Under the pieces are notes generated by a model. That model worked only from the letters and a program-made list of their open reading frames with translations. It searched no databases and had not been told where the DNA came from. Shown in pieces: positions 20,220 to 29,598 of a DNA stretch of 64,000 bases. Source of the stretch: Candidatus Aminicenantes bacterium (GTDB lineage Bacteria; Acidobacteriota; Aminicenantia; Aminicenantales; JAFGBC01); assembly GCA_963702005.1 (NCBI GenBank), contig OY969696.1, positions 800,001-864,000 of the forward strand, read 5' to 3'. The first letter of the stretch is position 1, and every line of letters begins with the position of its first letter. The position numbers were made by a program, and so were the translations under genes.

Positions 20220-20248
20220 AAAGTAGCACAGGCGGGAACGGCTGTCAA
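20220..20248 (-). promoter_or_regulatory. sigma70 promoter of tolQ operon
   Basis: TTGACA-17 nt-TACTTT with extended TG. Confidence 0.65.
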
Positions 20249-20253
20249 TTAAA

Positions 20254-20337
20254 GGGCACGGAAATCAGGGGACAGGGCACGGAATTCAGGGGACATGAAC
20301 CAAATCTCCGGATTTGGTATCGTGTCCCCTGAATTCC
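20254..20337. repeat. REP-like element: tandem 21-mer plus inverted copy
   Basis: GGGCACGGAA(A/T)TCAGGGGACA twice (20254-20295); GGAATTCAGGGGACA pairs perfectly with TGTCCCCTGAATTCC (20323-20337) around an inner ACCAAATC/GATTTGGT stem. Confidence 0.75.
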
Positions 20338-20360
20338 ACCCTCTTAGAAGAAGCCCGACT

Positions 20361-23225
20361 TTACAGACCGATTATCGAGAACTTCCCGTCGCTCGTGTCA
20401 GCCGGGGTCATCGAGCCGGGCTTGCGGACCCGGACACGGCAGGCCGTCGACGACTTATTGGGAACCGTCCAAGCGTAGCTTCCCGTGTTCGGTGTCGAAG
20501 CGATGATATTCGCCCAATTCAATCCGTCGTCGGTCGAATACTCGATTTTGACCGACGCGAGCGTCCCGGTCGTCGTCCAGCGGATTGTGTGGACGGTTTT
20601 AGCTTTCCAGGTCTCCCCGCCGTTGGGAACGACGACCTTGATCGTAGGCATCGGGACGATGGCGAAGACCCTGTCGCTCCGGTCCTTGGCGGAGTTGTCG
20701 CGCTTATTGATCCGGACCCAGCAAGTCGGGGAGATTGCATTAGGAACCGTCCAGTAGTAGCGGCCGTCGTCCGGGGTGGTTGTGGCGATCGTCGTCCAAG
20801 CCTTTCCTTTATCCGTGGAATAGAGGATCTTGTCCTGGTCTTCATAGTCGCTTGACTCCCAGGTGATGGGATGCTTTGTCCCCGCCTCCCACTTCTCGCC
20901 GCCGTTGGGAGAGGTCACGCGGAGCCAGGGAATCATTTTTATCTTGGCGACGAAAGCGTCATCATGGCTGTTGTGGGTTAGATCAGGTCCTAATTTAACT
21001 GGAAAGCTTGTCTCTAATGAGTCTGTTCTGCCCGTGATATAGGCGTCTCCCGATGAATCAACCGCGATTCCAAATCCGCTTTCATAGCCGATACCGCCAA
21101 CATAGCCGCAGTAAACGAGCCCCTTCCCATCTGTCCGGACCTTAGCTACAAAAGCATCCCAAGCGCCTCCATTGTAGCTTAGGTCGGGTCCTTCCCTGAC
21201 TGGGAAGGTAGCTTCTGTTGAATTTGTTGACCCAATGATATAGGCGCTGCCCGATCTGTCAACCGCGATATCCTGCCCTTCTTCAGCATCCCCACCGCCA
21301 ATATAACCGCAGTAAACGAGCCCCTTCCCGTCAGCTCGGACTTTTACTACAAAAGCATCCTCCCACCCGCCGTTATAACTGGAGTCCGGTCCAACCGTTA
21401 CGGGGAAAGATTTCTCGTTCGAAGTGGTATAGCCTGTGATATATGCGCAACTAAATTGGTCAACCGCGATTCCAGTCCCCATTTCTCCGCCTGGTCCGCC
21501 AATATATCCGCAATAGATGAGTCCAGTTCCGTCCGGCTTGACCTTAGCCACAAAAATATCGCCTCCTCCGTTAAAGCTCATATCCGGCCCCACGGTCACG
21601 GGAAACGACGCTTCATTCGATTGCGTTGTCCCGGTTACATATGCGCAGCCCTGGATATCCACCAAGATCCTCCACCCAAAATCATAGGAGGAGCCTCCGA
21701 TGTAGCCGCAGTAGCTGAGTCCTGTCCCGTCCGCTCTGACCTTGGCCACGAAGGCATCATAAATATTTTTGCCGCTGATATTGTTGTAGATGAGGTCCGG
21801 TCCCACCGTCACAGGGAATGTTGCCTCAGTTGAGTCCGTATAACCCGATATATAAGCGCACCCTGACCCGTCGACCGCGATCCCATCTCCCTCGTCATAG
21901 GCGGAACCGCCGATATATCCACAGTAGATAAGGGCCGTTCCATCCGCTTCAACCTTAGCCACAAAAGCATCATAAATAAACTCGCTGTTGTCACTAAAAG
22001 TTAAATCGGGTCCGACTTTCACCGGGAAGCTTGTTTCTGTTGATGAGGTCACCCCGGCAATATAAGCGCATCCCGAACCATCCACTGCGATTGCTTTTCC
22101 TCGATCACCACCGACTCCGCCGATAAAGCCGCAATAGATAAGTCCCGTCCCATCCGCTTTTAGCTTAGCTATGAAAGCATCATTCCCGTATGTGTTGAGG
22201 TACGGCCCCACAATAATGGGGAATGTTGCCTCCGTTGAGCACGTAAAGCCTGTAATGTAGGCGCATCCTGCTCTGTCCACCGCGACACCATATCCGTCTT
22301 CGCTGTTTGATCCTCCAATGTAGCCACAATAGACAATGACTGCTGGGTCGAGAACGAGCGGGAGAGCGGGATCGTAAGCGCCAACCGAGAAGCCGTAGCT
22401 GAAGACGGATTCATCCTCGCGCGTTTCGGAGACGAGGTCATAGGCGAGCGATACGTCCTTTTTTCCGCTCGCGGTCTCCTGCCAGGCGACGGGAACGCCG
22501 TCCTTGAAGCTCGCGACCGGGGTCGTCACTTCAAGACGCCCATCTTTGTCGATGGATACTTTTTCCGCGCCCCGATAGCGAAACCTAATCTGCGACGGGT
22601 CCGCACCCGGCTTGACCACGAACTCATACTTGAGTTCGTTCATGCTTCCTGAAAAGACGAGGTCGATTCCCGGCCAGAGTTCTCGATAGGCGATCTTCGA
22701 GTAGGAAGGAAGCCCCGTCTTCCAGTCCTTCTCAGGGCCCTTAAAATAGGAAATAACCGCGCCCGTTTCGTCGCTCCCTTGAGGATTAACTTCCTCGTTC
22801 GCGCCCACGAAATCGAGCTTGACCGTCCAGCTCCGGGTCGGCTTCTCGTTCTCGAACGTCATTTCCTTCAACGCTCGGGTCCACCGATCAGGTCGATCCT
22901 TTTTGGAATCCATCTTGGCTTTTTCCATGAGGACGAAAGTCACACCCTCGTCGCAGAAATAGAGCGTCTTATCCTTGCCCTGGACATAGAAGGCCGCCGG
23001 GCCGTTGATCTGGCCTTTGTTCGGGATGAAATAGAGCGGCATCCGCCCGAAGTTCAAGTCGGCCTGGATCTGAGCGCCCGCGGATTGGGCTTGGGGAGGA
23101 GCGCTGGTCAAACGAGAACCTTGGGCGAACTGATCAGTAGGGCGTTGGCCGCCCCCTCCGCCGATGCTCGCCGCGACGACCACAAGCCCCCCAAGAATCC
23201 CGAAGACAACCAACCTTCTTTTCAT
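20361..23225 (-). CDS. Secreted SBBP beta-propeller repeat protein with two C-terminal Ig-like domains
   Basis: Signal peptide; about seven repeats of YCGYIGG...D.G.GIAVD.SG.AY.TG.T.S...FPV.VGPD...DAFVAK; two [SV]PNGGE.W....H.I.W domains at the C-terminus. Confidence 0.85.
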   Translation of the reverse strand: MKRRLVVFGILGGLVVVAASIGGGGGQRPTDQFAQGSRLTSAPPQAQSAGAQIQADLNFGRMPLYFIPNKGQINGPAAFYVQGKDKTLYFCDEGVTFVLMEKAKMDSKKDRPDRWTRALKEMTFENEKPTRSWTVKLDFVGANEEVNPQGSDETGAVISYFKGPEKDWKTGLPSYSKIAYRELWPGIDLVFSGSMNELKYEFVVKPGADPSQIRFRYRGAEKVSIDKDGRLEVTTPVASFKDGVPVAWQETASGKKDVSLAYDLVSETREDESVFSYGFSVGAYDPALPLVLDPAVIVYCGYIGGSNSEDGYGVAVDRAGCAYITGFTCSTEATFPIIVGPYLNTYGNDAFIAKLKADGTGLIYCGFIGGVGGDRGKAIAVDGSGCAYIAGVTSSTETSFPVKVGPDLTFSDNSEFIYDAFVAKVEADGTALIYCGYIGGSAYDEGDGIAVDGSGCAYISGYTDSTEATFPVTVGPDLIYNNISGKNIYDAFVAKVRADGTGLSYCGYIGGSSYDFGWRILVDIQGCAYVTGTTQSNEASFPVTVGPDMSFNGGGDIFVAKVKPDGTGLIYCGYIGGPGGEMGTGIAVDQFSCAYITGYTTSNEKSFPVTVGPDSSYNGGWEDAFVVKVRADGKGLVYCGYIGGGDAEEGQDIAVDRSGSAYIIGSTNSTEATFPVREGPDLSYNGGAWDAFVAKVRTDGKGLVYCGYVGGIGYESGFGIAVDSSGDAYITGRTDSLETSFPVKLGPDLTHNSHDDAFVAKIKMIPWLRVTSPNGGEKWEAGTKHPITWESSDYEDQDKILYSTDKGKAWTTIATTTPDDGRYYWTVPNAISPTCWVRINKRDNSAKDRSDRVFAIVPMPTIKVVVPNGGETWKAKTVHTIRWTTTGTLASVKIEYSTDDGLNWANIIASTPNTGSYAWTVPNKSSTACRVRVRKPGSMTPADTSDGKFSIIGL

Positions 23226-23440
23226 ATGGCACCCCCCGAGAATCGCGCATCAGAATCCCTCTTTCTATCCTTCCCGTCGCATATTCTTCTCTACGACAAG
23301 AAAATGGCCTGAATACCCGCAATCGCGGGCACGGCATCGTTCTTGGCGGCGGTGTCGTCGAGCGGGGCGAAAAAGCGGCTTAAGAATAGCGGGCGAATGC
23401 GTGGAAACCGTATCCCATTTCGGTCTCTACCCCAAACTTA

Positions 23441-23469
23441 ACGATAGGTTCTCAACGCCGCTTTGTCAA
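23441..23469 (-). promoter_or_regulatory. Possible sigma70 promoter of the SBBP gene (about 200-nt leader)
   Basis: TTGACA-17 nt-TATCGT on the minus strand. Confidence 0.5.
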
Positions 23470-23504
23470 GCGGCGTCCGACGCCTCGAGCCGACTTTTTC
23501 TATT

Positions 23505-24926
23505 TTAGATATAATCAAAAATTCTCGTTATGGATTCTAAAAAATCTACATCAGAGCCGAGGGCGATTGAAAAAACAAACCATAAAGAGGCTCCATAAGA
23601 TAAAGAATAAAACAGTTTATAAAATGGATTTTCCGGGAATGTAATAAGAGTTTTTACCAGAGGAGAAAGAAAAGGGAACCTGACCAGCAAAAATCCGAAT
23701 TCCTGCAGATTTTCCAGTTTCCTTTTTTCCTTATGTCCGAGTTTTAAGGGGCTTTTGTGCAGATAATCCGAATCGATATTTTCATAATTTCCTTCATAAA
23801 GGCCTTTCTTGACGGCGTATTCCGTAAGTTGGGTGCTTGGGTAGGGTTGAAAAAGCGAAAATTCGGGAAAGTCCACCCTGCATTTGGCGTTGAATAATAT
23901 TGTTTCAAATGTTTTGTCGAGGTCTTCTCCCGGCAATCCGAGCATATTTGTCGCAAATATCTTTATCCGCGCTTTTTTGAGCAATCGGCAGGCATTGATG
24001 ATCTGTTCATTGCTCATGTCTCTCTTAAGCATCTCTTTTCGGATTTTCTCATTTCCCGTTTCAATGCCCATGCAAACAAGTATGCAGTTTGCGCTTTTTA
24101 GCTGGCGGACTATTTCGGGAGTGATGAGATCCGCCCTGACATTGCAAATAAACGGCAACCCGACTTTGTCCTCATATTTCTCGCAGAATTCCTTTAACCA
24201 GGCCGGATTGATGTTAAATGTATCGTCTATAAATTTGACCGTTTTCAGCGGGTATTTTTTTCTTATTTCCAAGATTTCATTGATGACATGATCAGCGCTT
24301 CTCTGCCTGATGATCTTTCCTTTTCCCTTGTACAGCGCATTGAATTTAATGTTAAAACAATAGGTGCATCTGAAGGGGCATCCCCGGCTCGCCATCAGCC
24401 TCTTGATTTTCAGTTTCTTGAAAAAAGGGAGCTTTTCATAAATCAATTCTCTGTCGGCATACGGCAACCTATCCAGATTTTCAATCAGCTTTCGGGGAGG
24501 GTTTTTGATGATCTTTGTCCCTTTTTTTATCCAAAAATTTTTGACGTTGTCGACGCTTTCCCCCTTGCTCAACTTATTGACAAATTCCACAAAAGCGTCA
24601 TCCCCTTCCCCGATACAGATGGCATCTATTCCTTCCTCATGGATTATGTCCGGAAAGAAAGTCACGTGCGGACCGCCGAAAACGGAATAAACCTGAAAAT
24701 GTTTTTTGATTATTTTATTGATGGCTATGAGGTCCCGATGCGCGCCGGTCGTTAAACTGTAAGCGACGATGTCCGGCTTCAATTCGCTTAACTTTTCAAT
24801 GAAATTTTCTTTTTCATAGCATATCAGGTCTGTTTGATGCCCGGCTTTTTTTAGGGAAGCCGACAAGCACATGATCCCCATCTGGGGGGAAACAACTATT
24901 TTTCTCAGTATGAAAACGACTTTCAT
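23505..24926 (-). CDS. B12-binding radical SAM protein (AT-rich)
   Basis: GGPHVT, GEG, RGCPFRCTYC, DDTF, GIETG, GLPGE; base composition visibly more AT-rich than neighbours. Confidence 0.9.
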   Translation of the reverse strand: MKVVFILRKIVVSPQMGIMCLSASLKKAGHQTDLICYEKENFIEKLSELKPDIVAYSLTTGAHRDLIAINKIIKKHFQVYSVFGGPHVTFFPDIIHEEGIDAICIGEGDDAFVEFVNKLSKGESVDNVKNFWIKKGTKIIKNPPRKLIENLDRLPYADRELIYEKLPFFKKLKIKRLMASRGCPFRCTYCFNIKFNALYKGKGKIIRQRSADHVINEILEIRKKYPLKTVKFIDDTFNINPAWLKEFCEKYEDKVGLPFICNVRADLITPEIVRQLKSANCILVCMGIETGNEKIRKEMLKRDMSNEQIINACRLLKKARIKIFATNMLGLPGEDLDKTFETILFNAKCRVDFPEFSLFQPYPSTQLTEYAVKKGLYEGNYENIDSDYLHKSPLKLGHKEKRKLENLQEFGFLLVRFPFLSPLVKTLITFPENPFYKLFYSLSYGASLWFVFSIALGSDVDFLESITRIFDYI

Positions 24927-25099
24927 GTTAGCTCTTTGGCGATGGGCGCCGAGCTCGGACTCGACGCTGCCCTTATTACATAAATATTAGGGCCGACCGC
25001 GGATCGATGCCAAGCGGTCGGAACAGCGGGCGGAACGAGCACGGCTTTACATTTTCGTGATGACCGGAAACGGGCTTTGATCATGAGCGGCGATTTTCA

Positions 25100-27445
25100 T
25101 CAGATAATACCCTTGAGGATCTCCATGGCGACCTGTTTGGCCTGCTCGCCGCTCTCCTTGGCCGGGCCGACGCAGGAGGGGCAGCCTTCGCGGCAGGGAC
25201 AGGCCGCGATCGTCTTGAGGCAGCGCTCGAACAGCGTCTTTTCCAGGGCGAACAGCGACGGGCTGAGGCCGACCCCCCCGGGAAAGTTGTCGTAGATGAA
25301 GATATTGGGCTCGAAGGTCTCGTCGAGGAAGACGGGCTCGGCGTCGGGCCGGGCGGCCCGGGCCGGGATCTCGCGGGGCGGGACGGACTCGCCCGAGGCG
25401 TTATCCCCGATCGAAACGCCGACGTCGTGGATGTCGCACATCATGAACAGCGGGGCGACGTTGTGGAGGATGTAGGCCAAGCCGAACAGTCCGTTGACCT
25501 TTTGCTCGGACGAGAAGGGAAGGCTGTGGAAGAGATCGGCCGGGACGGTGACCCAGTAGGCCGTTGTATGCATCTCGTTCTGAGGGAGGGCGAGGTCGCC
25601 GGCGCCGACGTTTTCCATGGTGTGGAACTTGATCTTTTTGAAGCCGACGACCTGGGTCGCGACGTGGACCTCGCCGTGGGTGATCCGGCAGCGGTCGAGC
25701 GGCTTGCTCTCGAAGGCGTCCAGGATCTTGATCTTGGTGTAGTCGATGGCGTCCGTGTAGTAATCGACGTCGGTCCGCTTGACGTAGGCCCGCCGCTCGG
25801 CGTAGTCCAAGTTTTCGACGAAGTACTGCTCGCCCTCGCAGATGTAGATGGCCTTGGGGTGGAGGGTGGTCAAGGCCGCGCCGAAATCGACCTCGGCGAT
25901 GACCTTGGCCTTATCGGTCGCGTCGACGACGACGAAGTTGTCCGAGCTGATGCTGCGCAGGCTGATGGCGTCGGCCGGGTAGGCGTCCGAGGTGTAGAAC
26001 CATTTATCCTGGGAATGGTGGACGAGATGCTCCTCCTCGAGGTAGGCCAGGATCTTCTCGACCTCCTTGGTCCCGAACGTTTCGCCCTTGCGGAAGGGGA
26101 GTTCGAAGGCCGCGCACTCGACGTGGCTGACCAGGATCGAGAGGTTGTCGGGATTGATCAGGGCCCGCTCCGGACTCCGCGAGAAGAAATAATCGGGATG
26201 GTTGACGATGAACTGATCGAGGGGCGCGCTCGAGGCGACCAGGACGGCCGCCGAGCGCCCCGTCTTGCGGCCGGCCCGGCCCGCCCGCTGCCAAGTCGAG
26301 GCGATCGAGCCCGGGTAGCCGGCCAGGACGGCCACGTCGAGGGAGCCGATGTCGATCCCCAGCTCGAGGGCGTTGGTCGAGACCACTCCCAGGATGCTCC
26401 CGTCGCGGAGGCCCTTCTCGATCTCGCGCCGCTTGAGGGGAAGATAGCCGCCCCGGTAGCCGCGGATGAGGCCCTGGTCCTTGACGGAGCGCTCCAGGTC
26501 CTCCTTGAGGTAGGTCACCAGGACTTCGGTCAGAAGGCGGCTGCGGGCGAACAGGATGGTCTGGAGGTTGTTCTTGAGGAAGATCGAGGCGACCCGCCGC
26601 GATTCGTTGACGTAGGAGCGCCGGATCCCCAGGTAGGGGTTGATGACGGGCGGCGTGTAGAAGATGAAGTATTTCTCGCCGCGCGGCGCGCCGTTGTCGT
26701 CGATGAGGGCGGCCGGCTCCTCGATCATTTTTTCGGCGAATTCGCCCGGGTTGGCGATGGTCGCCGTCGAGAGGATGAATTGCGGCTTGGAGCCGTAGAA
26801 GGCGGCGATCCGCTTGAGGCGGCGCAGGACGTTGGCCAGATGGCTCCCGAAGACGCCCCGGTAGTTGTGGAGCTCGTCGATGACGACGTACTTGAGGTTT
26901 TCGAAAAGCTTGATCCACTTGGTGTGGTGGGGAAGGATTCCGGCGTGGAGCATGTCGGGGTTGGTCAGGACGATGTGGCCGCGGGCTCGGATCGCCTTGC
27001 GGGCGTCCTGGGGCGTGTCGCCGTCGTAGGTGAAAATCCGGACCTCTCCGGGAAGGAGCTTGATCGTCTCGTCGAGCTCGGCCTTCTGGTCCTGGGCCAA
27101 GGCCTTGGTTGGGAAGAGGTAGAGGGCCCGGCTCGAGGGGTCGGTCAGGACGGCGTTGAGGACGGGGAGGTTGTAGCAGAGGGTCTTTCCCGAGGCCGTC
27201 GGCGTCACGACGACGATGTTTTTCCCCTCGCGCAGGGCCCGCCAGGAGGCGTGCTGATGGATGTAGAGACGATCGAAGCCTTTCCGCTTGAGGCCGTCGA
27301 CCAGCCCGGGATGGACGTCGTCCGGGTAGTCGAGGTAGCGGCCTTCCTGGGCGGGGATGTGCTTGATGGTCGTGATGGCGGATTCGCGGCCGCCGAGCTG
27401 TTGGAGGATGTCGAGGGATTTAAGGAGACTCTCTTCGCGGGACAT
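25100..27445 (-). CDS. DEAH-box helicase with C-terminal DUF1998 (MrfA/SftH/Hrq1 family)
   Basis: TASGKT, TNPDMLH, DELH, ALELGIDIG, QRAGRAGR, C-terminal CPCREGCPSC. Confidence 0.9.
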   Translation of the reverse strand: MSREESLLKSLDILQQLGGRESAITTIKHIPAQEGRYLDYPDDVHPGLVDGLKRKGFDRLYIHQHASWRALREGKNIVVVTPTASGKTLCYNLPVLNAVLTDPSSRALYLFPTKALAQDQKAELDETIKLLPGEVRIFTYDGDTPQDARKAIRARGHIVLTNPDMLHAGILPHHTKWIKLFENLKYVVIDELHNYRGVFGSHLANVLRRLKRIAAFYGSKPQFILSTATIANPGEFAEKMIEEPAALIDDNGAPRGEKYFIFYTPPVINPYLGIRRSYVNESRRVASIFLKNNLQTILFARSRLLTEVLVTYLKEDLERSVKDQGLIRGYRGGYLPLKRREIEKGLRDGSILGVVSTNALELGIDIGSLDVAVLAGYPGSIASTWQRAGRAGRKTGRSAAVLVASSAPLDQFIVNHPDYFFSRSPERALINPDNLSILVSHVECAAFELPFRKGETFGTKEVEKILAYLEEEHLVHHSQDKWFYTSDAYPADAISLRSISSDNFVVVDATDKAKVIAEVDFGAALTTLHPKAIYICEGEQYFVENLDYAERRAYVKRTDVDYYTDAIDYTKIKILDAFESKPLDRCRITHGEVHVATQVVGFKKIKFHTMENVGAGDLALPQNEMHTTAYWVTVPADLFHSLPFSSEQKVNGLFGLAYILHNVAPLFMMCDIHDVGVSIGDNASGESVPPREIPARAARPDAEPVFLDETFEPNIFIYDNFPGGVGLSPSLFALEKTLFERCLKTIAACPCREGCPSCVGPAKESGEQAKQVAMEILKGII

Positions 27446-27501
27446 GGGGTGATTGCGCCTCTCGCGTTCATCGTAGCCGATAAAGATGCCTCGGTCAATC
27501 C

Positions 27502-27643
27502 GGGCCCAAGAAACGGGTCCTGTCGCGGCATACCCCCGCCGTCCTCACGAGACCCATCTTGGTCAGACGCAGTTGGTGGTATTGAGCATCAAACGTTGCG
27601 GGCGGTGGGGGGCCCCCAGCCGCGCCACCCGTTTCTCGGGCCC
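27502..27643. other. Long nested inverted-repeat element between two divergent promoters
   Basis: GGGCCCAAGAAACGGGT / ACCCGTTTCTCGGGCCC (16 of 17 paired), inner CGCGGC/GCCGCG, CCCCCGCCGTCC/GGGCGGTGGGGG and two small apical hairpins. Confidence 0.55.
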
Positions 27644-27648
27644 ATAAT

Positions 27649-27677
27649 TTGAGCCGGCGCGCGTGATCTGGTATCAT
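27649..27677 (+). promoter_or_regulatory. sigma70 promoter of the HAD gene
   Basis: TTGAGC-17 nt-TATCAT with extended TG. The divergent helicase promoter TTGACC-17-TACGAT has its -35 at 27493-27498. Confidence 0.55.
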
Positions 27678-27694
27678 GCGGGTCCGCTCCGAAT

Positions 27695-28375
27695 ATGATA
27701 AAAGAGAATAAGATCCGCCCCCGCCGCTTCGAGGCCGTCCTGTTCGACCTGGACGGAACGCTCCTCGACACGCTCGACGACATCGCCGGCACCATGAACC
27801 GGGTTCTCGGCGCCCGCGGCCTCCCCCGCTACGACAGAGATCACTATAAATATTTCGTCGGCGACGGGATCGAGGAGATGGTCAAGCGAACCCTCCATCC
27901 GACCGCGATCGGCGACGCCAAGGTGGCGGAGATCGTCGTCGAGTACCGCCGCGAATATAAGACGCACTGGGCGGACACCAGCCGGCCTTACCCGGGTGTC
28001 GCGGAAATGCTGCGGGGGGTCGAGGCCCGGGGGCTGAAGATGGCCGTCCTCTCCAATAAATCCCACCCCTTCACGACCCTTATGATCGAGTCCTTGCTGC
28101 CGGATTTCAAGTTCGACGCGGTCCGGGGCGCCATGCCCGACGTCCCCAACAAGCCCGATCCGGCCGCCGCCCTCCTCATCGCCCGCGAGATGGGGATCGC
28201 TCCCTCGAAATGCCTCTTTCTGGGCGACACCAACGTCGATATGAAGACGGCCCTGGCGGCCGGGATGTTCCCGGTCGGTGCCCTGTGGGGATTCCGGAGC
28301 GCCGAGGAGCTCCGCGATAACGGGGCGGCCGTCCTGATCGCCTCTCCGCCGGATCTGCTGGGCCTCTTGGAATAA
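27695..28375 (+). CDS. HAD-family hydrolase (phosphoglycolate phosphatase-like)
   Basis: FDLDGTLLDT, LSNK, KPDP, GDT..D, WGF motifs. Confidence 0.9.
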   Translation: MIKENKIRPRRFEAVLFDLDGTLLDTLDDIAGTMNRVLGARGLPRYDRDHYKYFVGDGIEEMVKRTLHPTAIGDAKVAEIVVEYRREYKTHWADTSRPYPGVAEMLRGVEARGLKMAVLSNKSHPFTTLMIESLLPDFKFDAVRGAMPDVPNKPDPAAALLIAREMGIAPSKCLFLGDTNVDMKTALAAGMFPVGALWGFRSAEELRDNGAAVLIASPPDLLGLLE

Positions 28376-28509
28376 ATAAGCCTTCTAATAATTAGTGACA
28401 GACATCAATTTCCCCTTTAGATTTAGAACCTTTGCTGGACTCGTGCGTCTATGATGATGGATAGAATGAAACCGGAATCGGCCCGCGCAGAGAGCAAAGG
28501 CGGCCGCGG

Positions 28510-29076
28510 ATGAACGGCGGCGAGCGTAAGCGTCTCTTCGATGAGCTGTACCGCAAGCATACGACGGCCGTCTGGACCTACGCTCTCTACCTGGCCCGGG
28601 ACCGGACCGAGGCCGAAGACCTGTTCCAGGACGTCTGGCTCAGGGTTGTGGAGAAAATGGACGACATCGACCGGACCGAGAATGTGAAGGCGTGGCTCCT
28701 GGCCATCGTCGTCAACCTCCATCGGGACAGGCTGCGCCGGCTGAAGGTCCGCAGGCCGTTCCTGGCCGGGCAGTCCCGTCCCGACCTGGCGGCGGATGAA
28801 GGCGCGTCTTCCGGACACGGTCAAGACGCCTCCCTCGACCTGGAAAAGGCCGAGGCGGGGCGGGCCGTCCGAGAAGCGATCGACCGGCTGCCCGAGCGCC
28901 TCCGGAGCGTCTTCGTCCTCCGGGAAATCGAAGGCTGTCCCTACGTTGAAATTTGCCGGATCCTGAACATCCGCATGGGCACGGCCAAGTCCTTGATGTT
29001 CAGGGCGGTCCGGCGGCTGCGCCGGGACCTTGGATCCCTGGCGCCCCAGCATCGAACGGGGAGTGTCAACGCATGA
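28510..29076 (+). CDS. ECF RNA polymerase sigma factor
   Basis: AEDLFQDVW, KAWL, region 4 Y.EI..ILNI..GT.KS...RA. Confidence 0.9.
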   Translation: MNGGERKRLFDELYRKHTTAVWTYALYLARDRTEAEDLFQDVWLRVVEKMDDIDRTENVKAWLLAIVVNLHRDRLRRLKVRRPFLAGQSRPDLAADEGASSGHGQDASLDLEKAEAGRAVREAIDRLPERLRSVFVLREIEGCPYVEICRILNIRMGTAKSLMFRAVRRLRRDLGSLAPQHRTGSVNA

Positions 29077-29562
29077 AATGTCGAGATGTCGAACGATGGC
29101 TTGTCCTGGGGACCGATGAGGCCTTGGACGCCGACGGCCGCGACGCGCTCCGCGCCCATCTCGAGAAGCTGCTCCCGATGCGCGTCGCTCAAGGATGAGC
29201 TCGACGGGCTCCGGACGGGCCTGCCCCGGCGCGGAGATCGAGTCCCCCTGCCCCCGGCCGCCCTCCTCGAAAAGACGCGGCTGCGCTGCCTCGAACGATT
29301 GGACGCGCTGGAATCGAAGCCGGCCTCGGGGATCTCGCGCTCGAACGGAGCGTTCCGCCGCATTCCCCCCGCCGTCTGGGCCGCGACGGCCGGGCTGGTC
29401 TTTCTGACCGCGCTGATTCTCGTGCCGTTCTTCGGAGAGGTCCTCCTCTCCGAGCGCCTGTCCTATATCTCTTGGATCGGGCTCAGTTTCGTCGTTCAAA
29501 ACGTCCTCATGCTTATCGCCTCGCCCCTGCTCATCGGGAGATGGGGACGAGCGGAGAGCTAA
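29073..29562 (+). CDS. Zinc-finger (zf-HC2) membrane anti-sigma factor, one-base frameshift
   Basis: MKCRDVERWL...LRAHLE in one frame continues as CSRCASLKDEL plus two TM helices in the next; removing one base near 29166 restores HxxxCxxC; ATGA-coupled to the sigma gene. Confidence 0.7.
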
Positions 29563-29598
29563 ATAAAGGAATAGAAAAAGCTATTAAGGAGGTCCGCC

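Noticed and set aside
20254-20337. CRISPR array
   Set aside because: Only two abutting copies plus an inverted one, with no spacers and no cas genes.
25100-27445. DISARM/Druantia-type defence helicase
   Set aside because: It is the compact MrfA/SftH-type DUF1998 helicase with no methylase, DrmA/B or other defence neighbours.
27502-27643. ykkC/guanidine-type riboswitch
   Set aside because: Only fragmentary resemblance; CUAGGGUUCC and the 3' AAAAGCCCGG core are missing, and it lies outside both predicted transcripts.
28380-28420. Possible half REP element (TTAGTGACAGACATCAATTTCC)
   Set aside because: No matching inverted arm or second copy in the window.
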